The notes beneath the pieces are model-generated. The model made no database searches and was not told where the DNA came from. It saw nothing but the letters and a program-made list of their open reading frames with translations. This document shows, one piece after another, positions 51,755-64,000 of a stretch of 64,000 nt of DNA. A program made the translations under genes and the position numbers. Numbering within the stretch: the stretch's first letter is position 1; every line of letters begins with the position of its first letter. The stretch comes from Octopus vulgaris. Taxonomy: Eukaryota. The stretch spans positions 124,248,001 through 124,312,000 of the forward strand of contig OX597820.1 in the NCBI GenBank assembly GCA_951406725.2, read 5' to 3'.

Positions 51755-54700
51755 GTGTATGTGCATGCGTGTGTGTATACGTATGGGCATATATACATAT
51801 TTGTTGTCTTTGTATCAGCGATCGTGTGAAAGTGAGACTGATTCTATGTGAATGAGAATATCATGCGTCAAATTTTTTGTGTGCTTAAATATTAATATAT
51901 ACCCATGCATACATGCAAATTCACTTTCTGACATTTTGTTTTACATATTTGTTAATAACATCAAAAACTTCTAACTTGTAACTTGATATTCATAATTTTC
52001 TTTCCCCAAAAGATTTTTAACAGCGTAAGTCAAAGAAAGCAGCACAACATGCATATAATGAGTGTATCTATTCTCGTTATGCAGGTGTTTTCTTCACAGT
52101 TGAGAAATGCAGAAATATTTGCAAATTGGTTAGTTTAAGTGCATTTTCAGAAATTACTGTAGCTATTTTCAAATAGCAACAAGTGCAATACTGATAGGAT
52201 GTTGTCAAATTGTTGGTTGTGTAATATGATAGAATAACGAATAAATCAAAGTGATTTTGGCTTTGATTTCATGAGAAATTTATTCAAGGGGAAATAAACA
52301 GTGATACTGATCATTACACTCTTTCAGCGTTCCCAATTGTGAAAACATTTTAATGAAATACGAACTGGTCTCGTGGATATTGAACAGATTAATTAGAAGA
52401 AACCATCAAGCATTGAACTGCTGTCTGTGTGTTTCCCCTATGTATATTTGACAATAGTGTTTATATATGTGTAGCTGTGCGCATGTGCTATTAACATTTG
52501 TTTATCTCTTTCTCAAGATCTTTCACACGCCCTCTCTCCTGTACTTTTTCCTACGCTCACTCTGTATCTCTTTTTGTCGCCCGCGAGGTCGTATCGTTTT
52601 TTCGCACTTGAATATAATTTAAGAAAGAATATAGAGTGTGTATATGTACCAGTAGCGTCTATCTATCTGTCGGTCAGCCTCTCTCTCTCTTTCTCTTAAG
52701 CAGTTTTATGATCACCTTTCCACTACGTGACAGATTGTTTACATAGCCGGAATCTGTCGGTAACACTTTAGTATAATAGCTTCTTTAAAATTATGCATAT
52801 TATAGCGTTACTCACAATTTTGTTTCCAGAATATTTTTTTACAGTGTGTTCAGAGAGGATTAACAAGCGTATAATGAACATTTCCTGTGGCCGAAATTGT
52901 TTGGACTTAAACAAAGTATTTTGAAACTACTGAGAGAAATGATGTACTATCGCCTTATATTCATGCCAGTTATTTCGTTATAATACCTTTTTACTAAGAC
53001 AGCAAGCTGTACGGAATATTTAGCAGTATTTCGACTGTCTTTACGGGATCGATAAAATAAGTATCAATCAAGTACTGTGACAATGTAAGCGATTGCCTCC
53101 TCATCTAAATTTCAAACCTTGCGCCTATGGTAGAAACGATTATAATGCTTTTCACTCTGAATTGTTTTTCAGTTTCGATTCATGCAACAGGATGCCAGTT
53201 GTATCCTGGCGTATGTCACTTCGTATGATATTGCTCCATTCTACTGAGATGAAAATAATTACCAAATGAACGCTTCTCCAATCTTAATCCCTCTCCAGGT
53301 TTAATATCCTCGTTATTAAAAAACAGGAGGGCTAGTAGGATGTCCATTTTATTACTACATGGTCACTTGAAATATTTAACGTGTAAGAAGGTTTCATGTT
53401 TTATTCGCCTGTTCGTACAAATATGTTTTGTGATTTCAAGAATTTAGAATCTTTTATTAATTAAAATAGCTATGAATTGTACAGAAACTACTTTTGAATA
53501 TATCCTCCTATATGTAGTTAGTGAGAGGAAATAAAAAAATCAGTTATCATTTGCTGGAGAGCGCTTGCAAGTAATGTCGTACCAGTTAAAGTTCGAATTA
53601 ATTAGCATTTTAATTATTTAATTCATCCATATACGTCTTGATTTCTGAATGTGAAGGACATATTCTATTTTAAACGTTAGTTGTACTACATGACGAGTGT
53701 TGAAGAGCACGAAATATTTTTAAGCCATTAAAATCTACCATGAAATCTCGATTGAGCGTTGAAGCAATTTAGCACCTTTTACAGCATTTATTGCAATTGA
53801 GTCTATCATAAATCCTAAATCCTCTTAGTTAACACTCACTAATAAATGGAAAAATGTATTCCTAGCCGAAGTAGCTAACATTAGAGAAGTGTAAAATGTT
53901 AACACCATTCACACCACTAACAAATAAACAAATATTTCTCATAATTGGATGCATTGACAGGGAGAATGTACACTAGACAATTTCAGTTTATAACAAGCAC
54001 CGCGAAGTAAGTGAATTAGATGGGTGAATAACTGAAATGATGAAATGCATTTTGAAGCGAGAAGTAAAAAATGAATTATTTGTACCCTTTACACGTAGCA
54101 CTACCTAACGTTTAAATATGTAATGTATGGAAGTGTAAAATGTATTAGGTGTCATAGGGGAGGGTATCTTAAGTAGCGAACCCCTTAATTATTGTTAGGA
54201 CAGCTATTTACGAGAAGCTACTGTCTTCCGGTTGACTTCTCATCTTCACAGGTATCATTACTGTCTCTGTGAAGTGTAACGATTGCAACATAATACTACC
54301 TCCTGAAAAATGAAGTAGCATTGCGTTGCAACTTTAGGAAAATTGAACGTGAGTATTTCAAAGACATGGAAATACTCTTAGTGTTATATACCTATGTGAT
54401 ACTACGGAGATAAGCTAACCATCATTAGCCAGGTTTTAAGGAGTAGAGAAGCGATATACCCTGACACTTCCATGAGACTTGTAAGTAAGAAATATTAAGA
54501 TAATTGTTTTGATCTAGTCATTTCATTGATTCCTTATTTAACCACTAAATCACCTTGCCCATACACTACACTGGTCCAGGAACTGACACGAAGGAACGAA
54601 GCATTTCCTTTCACAATCCAAGTCCACTGCATTTCAAGAATTTTCTCTTTTTAGGATTATGCAGAGACGGTACAACTTTTAATGTAGCAGTTGGTATCTT

Positions 54701-55117
54701 AAGAGATTAAAAGAAAATGAAATACCGATTCTTCCCTCATTTCATTACATGTGGCAGTATATTCCCTCACTTCATTACATGTGGGAATAAATAAAGAAAT
54801 ATGCAGTCACAATTTCCCACTGTGACACAAGAGTGTGTAATCCAAACGCAAGGTTATTTTGAAATCTGTAGGATATTAAAAAAGCAAATAAAGGAGAGAA
54901 ATTTAAAAATAAAATATATATATATATATATAAATATATATATATATATCACAACATTAATAGCAAAGGATCAAATGCTTTGTCGGCTATATTTCAATTT
55001 GACAGTTTGAAGGCAATTCACATCCATTTATAAGACATCAGGAGAGTATAGTTTACTACTTATTGTTCTCAAACCACCTGAATTTCTCATTATATTATAT
55101 ATGAATTTACTGATATA

Positions 55118-55206
<89 letters not shown>

Positions 55207-55222
55207 TAATAATAATAATAAT
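55118..55222. repeat. (TAA)n microsatellite
   Basis: Directly visible, ~35 units. Confidence 0.95.
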
Positions 55223-57540
55223 ATGCCATACGGTTTCACCATTTTGTCCACAAATTTGGCACTTATCACTTTCTAATGTGTTGTCTATTTTGTATTAGAT
55301 GTAATTGGTTCTTTATGATTGCTCTTGGCTACACAAATTTGAGCCTTCGATTCCGGTTTTATACCACTTTTAGTCATCCATAACTGTCTTTTTTGTCCGT
55401 GTGTCTTATCTTCAGCATCCCTATGAAATTGTCCATTCATTTATCCACCTATATCCACCTATTGTCAGTTTTATTCATTTACAAGTACTTGTACAGTGCT
55501 GTATCTTTGCTGTATCTTTGCTTGACCTTCTTACGTCCCAAAATAGCAGTTCTGTGGTACTTTTTATATACCATGACATGTTGTTTTCTTCTTCTCTAAT
55601 GCAGTGTTCACATTCAATCAGTCCTCTTCTGCCTTTTTCTTTGATGCATACAGTCTGTCTGTCTCACATTTTGGGCGGAGTGTCCTATTTCTAGTTAGCA
55701 ACTTCCTCGTCTTTCTTTCTAAGCTGTTTATTTTGTATACTGTCCACGCGATTACCCCTACTCCATATCTAGGGAGTGATAGCTTCCATCTTATTCCGTT
55801 CGTTTAATTTCGACTTAAGGATCAGTCTCAGTCTGCACCTTAAATGTTTCTGTCATTTTGAGGTCATCCATGAATAACACGTCGTTAACCTTTTGCTGGC
55901 GGCCCTTGAATACCCAGGCTTTGCTTACCTCAGAATCAGTGCTGCTGTAAAAAGCATAGTAGAAATTTCAATGGAGACAGGCAGTCCCCTTGGTTGATAC
56001 CTCTCCTGATTTTGCTGTCCCTAAAATTCGTCCATATGCTCTCAATTCCGTCCTCCACTTCGCTATACTTTTACCAAGCAATCGCGGAAAATTCGATGCA
56101 ATACCAAATAGGTTCATACATTCCATAATCCAAGAATGTGGGATCATATCGTAAGCCTTACGATAATCTATCCATGACATGGCTAAGTTAGTTTCCTTCC
56201 TCTTGTGGTCTCTAAGTAGAGTTTTATCTACTAGAAGTTGATCATGTTACTTCTGTGCTTACGCTTGCATCTCTTCTGTTCATAGGCAGAATTCCATTTT
56301 ATTCCAGATGTCGTACATTGACTTTTCAGTTAGTAATTTCCACATAGGTGGCAAACAGGACATCGGCTCATAAGTGCCACTTGGTTGGCATTTAACAAGT
56401 TGTAGAGTTGTGCAGCTATTCGCGGATAATATTCACCAAATCTTTTGAGCCAATGGTCTTGAATTCCATCCGATCACGGGACCTTCCAGTTTCCCTTTTT
56501 TTTGCTGATTTCTGTCACTTACCGACCTGAAATGGCTAGTTCTGCTTGTCTGGACAGACTACTGTTTGTTTTAGTTCTTGCAACCATTCAGCATCCTTCT
56601 TGTGCTTCTTGTCTTTGCTCCAGATGTCACTCCAAAACCTTTGACTTTCAATGTTGTCAGTATCATTTTTTCATACTCTTTACTCTTTTACTTGTTTCAG
56701 TCATTTGACTGCGGCCATGCTGGAGCACCGCCTTTAGTCAAGCAAATCGACCCCGGGACTTATTCTTTGTAAGCCCAGTACTTATTCTATCGGTCTCTTT
56801 TTTCGAACCGCTAAGTGACGGGGACGTAAACACACCAACATCAGTTGTCAAGCAATGCTAGGGGGACAAACACAGACACACAAACACACATACATATATA
56901 TACATATATACGACAGGCTTCTTTCAGTTTCCGTCTACCAAATCCAGTCACAAGGCATTGGTCGGCCCGGGGCTATAGCAGAAGACACTTGCCCAAGGTG
57001 CCACGCATTGGGACTGAACCCGGAACCATGTTGTTGGTTAGCAAGCTACTAACCACACAGCCACTCCTGCGCCTATACAGTCTGTACAGTCTCCATTTCT
57101 TTCTTTATAGAATCTCTTCTGATCTACTCTGAATAACCTATTCTACTGGTATCCCTTCATTCTTTGGTCACATCTTACCTCCTTTGCTTCCTTTGCAACG
57201 CGGCGATGCATTACCATTTTCGTCTATTACAACTTTCAGGCTCTTTCTTTGAATACAATAATTCCTGTTCAGTGCCCTTTATTTTTGTTTGCTTTTAAAC
57301 TCCCTCTTCCATTTTCTGTCTAAACACAGAAATGCCCTTCGGGAGCATATCTAACCCTGCCTTTATTCTTCTTTCCACCATGGATCTTTTCTTTGGTCTC
57401 TCCCATTATATTTCCTTTTGTTGACATCAATATCCACATTTTCTGCTACAACAATACTCTCTGCCTTGATCAATTTATTTGTTTCTGTGACGTTTTTTCC
57501 CGTTGTATATCAAAATTTTGTTATTACGAGTAAACCTTTC
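55223..57540 (-). mobile_element. Decayed R4/Dong-type LINE (pre-RT, RT, up to the CCHC knuckle), interrupted by a SINE
   Basis: NRLFRVDQKRFYK, FWSDIWS, WIDYRKAYDMIPHSWI, VNDVLFMDDL, DKCQICGQNGETVWH. Confidence 0.9.
56674..57075 (-). mobile_element. Complete CORE-like tRNA SINE (family 1); duplicate at 60421-60824
   Basis: A box TGGCTGTGTGG, B box GGTTCAGTCCC, CORE-like CCTTGGGCAAGT, internal TA/TG tract, tail GGCGGTGCTCCAGCATGGCCGCAGTC...(AAAGAGT)2. Confidence 0.92.
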
Positions 57541-58214
57541 AGTATCATACCATAATATATATGTTACTCGATATTTCAGTGCAAGATAATGTGTGCATGA
57601 TTTCGTGTTTGTATGTCAGTGTGAGTGTGTTTCTGTGTCAAAGTGTGTCTTTTCGTATGTGTGTGTCCGTGTGCTCGTGCGTGTGAGTGTGTTGCTGCGT
57701 GCGTGTGTTTTGTAGGTATCATAAATAGTTTCAAAACAAATATTTTCGAGTGGCATATACAGTTTGCTGATGAAGAGCTCACAAATGTCAAGCTCCATAG
57801 TTACAATTGAATTTTCAAAGGAAACATCAATGCAAGAGTATTTTATAGCCAGTGTAATAAGGTCAATTATATGCTTTATTCTATATTATCTACTGCTAAT
57901 ACGACACTTCAATTTCTGTGTGTAAAGAAGTCCACTTGTCTTAACTCGTTCTCTTCCGCTTGTAAACCTTACTGTGTCTCTTAAAAATCTAAAATGTCCT
58001 GCACTAAATACGTAAGAAAAATTAATCTTCATCAGTACGGGTTGCAAAACTACGGCAAAAAGAACTACAAAAGTAGAAAATATATTACATAAAGCCCTTG
58101 TGTGTTGTAAATATAAAGGAATGGTATCTTATTACACGATTAAAATTCTTGGGCAGTATCATATGCATACGCACACAAAAACACACAGACACGCAGACTC
58201 AAAAATATGTGTGT

Positions 58215-58342
<128 letters not shown>

Positions 58343-59125
58343 TATTTACCTTGAAAACACTGTCGTTTTGAAATACGTTGTTGTTTGAAATAAGGAACAC
58401 ACACTGGGCACGTAGAACTGAAATTGAGGTTTAGGAACTTAAATAAAATACTTATGTTTTTAATCGTTTCAACATTGAACTAAGGTCTTGCTGGAGGACT
58501 ACAGGACCACTCCCGCAACTATAAAAAATATTACTATCTTCATGGCAGCTTTTATTGTTAAGGGTGTTTCTGGAATTACATAACACATTTTAAAACGTCC
58601 ATAGACTAAAAAGCGATTAAACTGAAAGTGTACACTTTCGATGGGAGGGTACGTACGCGTTCTGATTTCAACCACGACATATCGGCATGCATAATGTTGA
58701 ACGTTAAACACAGAATGCTTGAAATTGTCACCTGCAAATCAGCAAAGAAGCATGCATTTTATGGAAGTAAGAAATCAATTTCCATGAAGCACCTGCAATT
58801 AAAATAATTACTTTAAATATAATTAAGATGTCTGATATTATTCCTTTTCTATTACAATTATATTCCGTGCAAGTCTATTTCAGCAACACATATTTATTCA
58901 TCACACAATTAAAATGGCAGCAATGATAGAGTAAAGTGAAAGTGATATTTGTATATCGCATGTGTTTTTTTTTTCTTTTAAACTAAGTGCTAATCATTTT
59001 AGAATTTTTGAATTGCTAATTGCATTAAAATAACTTGCTGAATATTTCAACAGTAACAGACACGAGCCCACACATATTTATACACAAGTATATATATATA
59101 TTCAATGTATCAATATCAATATCGC

Positions 59126-59171
<46 letters not shown>

Positions 59172-59551
59172 CATACATACATACATACATACATACATAC
59201 ATACATACATACATACATACATACATACATACATGCATGTATGTACATATCGCTGTGTGCATGGGATTGTCTAAGTATAATGCGTAGTGTAATCAGATAA
59301 ATTACGTAAAAAATTAATTCGTTAATTCTATTAAAAATTTTATTTTGAACAGTTTTAGGCAATTATTTTTTCTCTTGAATTCTTTTTTTTTGTTGTTTTG
59401 TTTTGATTTTCAATTATATTCCACTTAAGCAATTTACATATTATTTACATTTGATATTATTAAATGTGAAATCATCTCAGTGATATATGCATGTCGATTC
59501 GCATTATGCTAAAGGTTGATATACGAGTTTACGTTTGACAGGTTATAAATG

Positions 59552-59651
59552 NNNNNNNNNNNNNNNNNNNNNNNNNNNNNNNNNNNNNNNNNNNNNNNNN
59601 NNNNNNNNNNNNNNNNNNNNNNNNNNNNNNNNNNNNNNNNNNNNNNNNNNN
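59552..59651. other. Assembly gap (100 N)
   Basis: Run of exactly 100 N, a placeholder size. Confidence 0.99.
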
Positions 59652-61963
59652 CTTGAATACCCAGGCTTTGCTTACCTCAGAATCAGTGCTGCTGTAAAAA
59701 GCATAGTAGAAATTTCAATGGAGACAGGCAGTCCCCTTTGTTGATACCTCTCCTGATTTTGCTGTCCCTAAAATTCGTCCATATGCTCTCAATTCCGTCC
59801 TCCACTTCGCTATACTTTTACCAAGCAATCGCGGAAAATTCGATGCAATACCAAATAGGTTCATACATTCCATAATCCAAGAATGTGGGATCATATCGTA
59901 AGCCTTACGATAATCTATCCATGACATGGCTAAGTTAGTTTCCTTCCTCTTGTGGTCTCTAAGTAGAGTTTTATCTACTAGAAGTTGATCATGTTACTTC
60001 TGTGCTTACGCTTGCATCTCTTCTGTTCATAGGCAGAATTCCATTTTATTCCAGATGTCGTACATTGACTTTTCAGTTAGTAATTTCCACATAGGTGGCA
60101 AACAGGACATCGGCTCATAAGTGTCACTTGGTTGGCATTTAACAAGTTCTAGAGTTGTGCAGCTATTCGCGGATAATATTCACCAAATCTTTTGAGCCAA
60201 TGGTCTTGAATTCCATCCGATCACGGGACCTTCCAGTTTCCCTTTTTTTTGCTGATTTCTGTCACTTACCGACCTGAAATGGCTAGTTCTGCTTGTCTGG
60301 ACAGACTACTGTTTGTTTTAGTTCTTGCAACCATTCAGCATCCTTCTTGTGCTTCTTGTCTTTGCTCCAGATGTCACTCCAAAACCTTTGACTTTCAATG
60401 TTGTCAGTATCATTTTTTCATACTCTTTACTCTTTTACTTGTTTCAGTCATTTGACTGCGGCCATGCTGGAGCACCGCCTTTAGTCAAGCAAATCGACCC
60501 CGGGACTTATTCTTTGTAAGCCCAGTACTTATTCTATCGGTCTCTTTTTTCGAACCGCTAAGTGACGGGGACGTAAACACACCAACATCAGTTGTCAAGC
60601 AATGCTAGGGGGACAAACACAGACACACAAACACACATACATATATATACATATATACGACAGGCTTCTTTCAGTTTCCCGTCTACCAAATCCAGTCACA
60701 AGGCATTGGTCGGCCCGGGGCTATAGCAGAAGACACTTGCCCAAGGTGCCACGCATTGGGACTCGAACCCGGAACCATGTTGTTGGTTAGCAAGCTACTA
60801 ACCACACAGCTACTCCTGCGCCTATACAGTCTGTACAGTCTCCATTTCTTTCTTTATAGAATCTCTTCTGATCTACTCTGAATAACCTATTCTACTGGTA
60901 TCCCTTCATTCTTTGGTCACATCTTACCTCCTTTGCTTCCTTTGCAACGCGGCGATGCATTACCATTTTCGTCTATTACAACTTTCAGGCTCTTTCTTTG
61001 AATACAATAATTCCTGTTCAGTGCCCTTTATTTTTGTTTGCTTTTAAACTCCCTCTTCCATTTTCTGTCTAAACACAGAAATGCCCTTCGGGAGCATATC
61101 TAACCCTGCCTTTATTCTTCTTTCCACCATGGATCTTTTCTTTGGTCTCTCCCATTATATTTCCTTTTGTTGACATCAATATCCACATTTTCTGCTACAA
61201 CAATACTCTCTGCCTTGATCAATTTATTTGTTTCTGTGACGTTTTTTCCCGTTGTATATCAAAATTTTGTTATTACGAGTAAACCTTTCAGTATCATACC
61301 ATAATATATATGTTACTCGATATTTCAGTGCAAGATAATGTGTGCATGATTTCGTGTTTGTATGTCAGTGTGAGTGTGTTTCTGTGTCAAAGTGTGTCTT
61401 TTCGTATGTGTGTGTCCGTGTGCTCGTGCGTGTGAGTGTGTGTGCTGCGTGCGTGTGTTTTGTAGGTATCATAAATAGTTTCAAAACAAATATTTTCGAG
61501 TGGCATATACAGTTTGCTGATGAAGAGCTCACAAATGTCAAGCTCCATAGTTACAATTGAATTTTCAAAGGAAACATCAATGCAAGAGTATTTTATAGCC
61601 AGTGTAATAAGGTCAATTATATGCTTTATTCTATATTATCTACTGCTAATACGACACTTCAATTTCTGTGTGTAAAGAAGTCCACTTGTCTTAACTCGTT
61701 CTCTTCCGCTTGTAAACCTTACTGTGTCTCTTAAAAATCTAAAATGTCCTGCACTAAATACGTAAGAAAAATTAATCTTCATCAGTACGGGTTGCAAAAC
61801 TACGGCAAAAAGAACCACAAAGTAGAAAATATATTACATAAAGCCCTTGTGTGTTGTAAATATAAAGGAATGGTATCTTATTACACGATTAAAATTCTTG
61901 GGCAGTATCATATGCATACGCACACAAAAACACACAGACACGCAGACTCAAAAATATGTGTGT

Positions 61964-62099
<136 letters not shown>

Positions 62100-62866
62100 C
62101 CTTGAAAACACTGTCGTTTTGAAATACGTTGTTGTTTGAAATAAGGAACACACACTGGGCACGTAGAACTGAAATTGAGGTTTAGGAACTTAAATAAAAT
62201 ACTTATGTTTTTAATCGTTTCAACATTGAACTAAGGTCTTGCTGGAGGACTACAGGACCACTCCCGCAACTATAAAAAATATTACTATCTTCATGGCAGC
62301 TTTTATTGTTAAGGGTGTTTCTGGAATTACATAACACATTTTAAAACGTCCATAGACTAAAAAGCGATTAAACTGAAAGTCTACACTTTCGATGGGAGGG
62401 TACGTACGCGTTCTGATTTCAACCACGACATATCGGCATGCATAATGTTGAACGTTAAACACAGAATGCTTGAAATTGTCACCTGCAAATCAGCAAAGAA
62501 GCATGCATTTTATGGAAGTAAGAAATCAATTTCCATGAAGCACCTGTAATTAAAATAATTACTTTAAATATAATTAAGATGTCTGATATTATTCCTTTTC
62601 TATTACAATTATATTCCGTGCAAGTCTATTTCAGCAACACATATTTATTCATCACACAATTAAAATGGCAGCAATGATAGAGTAAAGTGAAAGTGATATT
62701 TGTATATCGCATGTGTTTTTTTTTCTTTTAAACTAAGTGCTAATCATTTTAGAATTTTTGAATTGCTAATTGCATTAAAATAACTTGCTGAATATTTCAA
62801 CAGTAACAGACACGAGCCCACACATATTTATACACAAGTATATATATATATTCAATGTATCAATAT

Positions 62867-62920
<54 letters not shown>

Positions 62921-63574
62921 TACATACATACATACATACATACATACATACATACATACATACATACATACATACATACATACATACATGCATGTATGTA
63001 CATATCGCTGTGTGCATGGGATTGTCTAAGTATAATACGTAGTGTAATCAGATAAATTACGTAAAAAAAATTAATTCGTTAATTCTATTAAAAATTTTAT
63101 TTTGAACAGTTTTAGGCAATTATTTTCTCTTGAATTCTTTTTTTTTTGTTGTTTTGTTTTGATTTTCAATTATATTCCACTTAAGCAATTTACATATTAT
63201 TTACATTTGATAGTATTAAATGTGAAATCATCTCAGTGATATATGCATGTCGATTCGCATTATGCTAAAGGTTGATATACGAGTTTACGTTTGACAGGTT
63301 ATAAATGAACTGTGCATTAACGTCAGTTGATCATGTATAGAGATTATTGTAAATACAGCAGTCCTCTTAGTGCCACACAGAACGAGACACGCACATATAT
63401 TTTGTTTTTGTTCAAACAATAAATTTCTCTAATCATGTTAGGCTATTACACTAGTAACAGTAGACACAATCCTCTTGGTGATTCATTATGTAACCAAGGG
63501 CATGTAATATTCTTAGACGCATATACATTTCAATCATACGCTTCCTTGCGTATGTCTATACGCATACATCTACG

Positions 63575-63720
63575 TAGCTGTGTGGTAAAAAGCTTGCTCC
63601 TCAACGACATGTTTCGAGGTTCAGTTTTGCTGCGTGGTTCGTTGGTCTATTGTCTTCTACTATATCTACAGGCTGACAAAAGCCTTTAAATGAATTGGGT
63701 AGATGGCAGCTGAAAGAAGC

Positions 63721-63799
<79 letters not shown>

Positions 63800-63818
63800 T
63801 GGATGGATAGATAGATAG

Positions 63819-63863
<45 letters not shown>

Positions 63864-64000
63864 TGGATAGATAGATAAATAGACAGATATGTGTGTGAGA
63901 GTGAGGGAGTGTGTGTCTGTATGTCTTTATGTGAGTGTGTGTCCTCTATCACAGTTTGACAACCGGTATTGGCGTAGCGGTACGGGAAAAGAGACTGATA
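63575..64000 (+). mobile_element. Degenerate family-1 SINE with expanded internal microsatellite
   Basis: AGCTGTGTGGTAAAAAGCTTGCT...GGTTCAGT...GGTAGATGGCAGCTGAAAGAAGCCC-(TA/GATA)n-GTTTGACAAACCGGT..AAAAGAGACTGATA. Confidence 0.8.

Noticed and set aside
57762-57810. CTGATGA-A-GAGCT...AGCTC (also in the duplicate at ~61515)
   Set aside because: Followed by CATAG rather than GAAA, with no stem I partner.

Overview
AT-rich, microsatellite-saturated animal DNA; the tRNA-derived SINE families look like those of Octopus (inference from recalled families, not a search). No complete host gene is visible and most of the ORF track is microsatellite translation. The window is a patchwork of decayed mobile elements: R4/Dong-type restriction-like-endonuclease LINEs in (TAA)n, RTE, CR1-like and possibly L1/Tx1 LINEs, a Gypsy LTR remnant, Penelope-like elements (PLEs), a full-length Tc1 (DD34E), mariner/maT, Chapaev-like and Mutator-like remnants, a Helitron, MITEs and at least three SINE families. 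It also holds a 30-bp minisatellite and a 3.65-kb duplication around a 100-N gap that is probably an assembly artefact. The most striking signal is a set of type I hammerhead ribozyme motifs from several unrelated cassettes, nearly all next to (TA)n. The best is a young non-coding ~1-kb element (35621-36650) with two tandem canonical hammerheads 536 nt apart, i.e. a retrozyme-like or non-autonomous PLE that could yield a structured ~536-nt circular RNA. One plausible signal-peptide exon (26026-26160) hints at a host gene spread over long introns.
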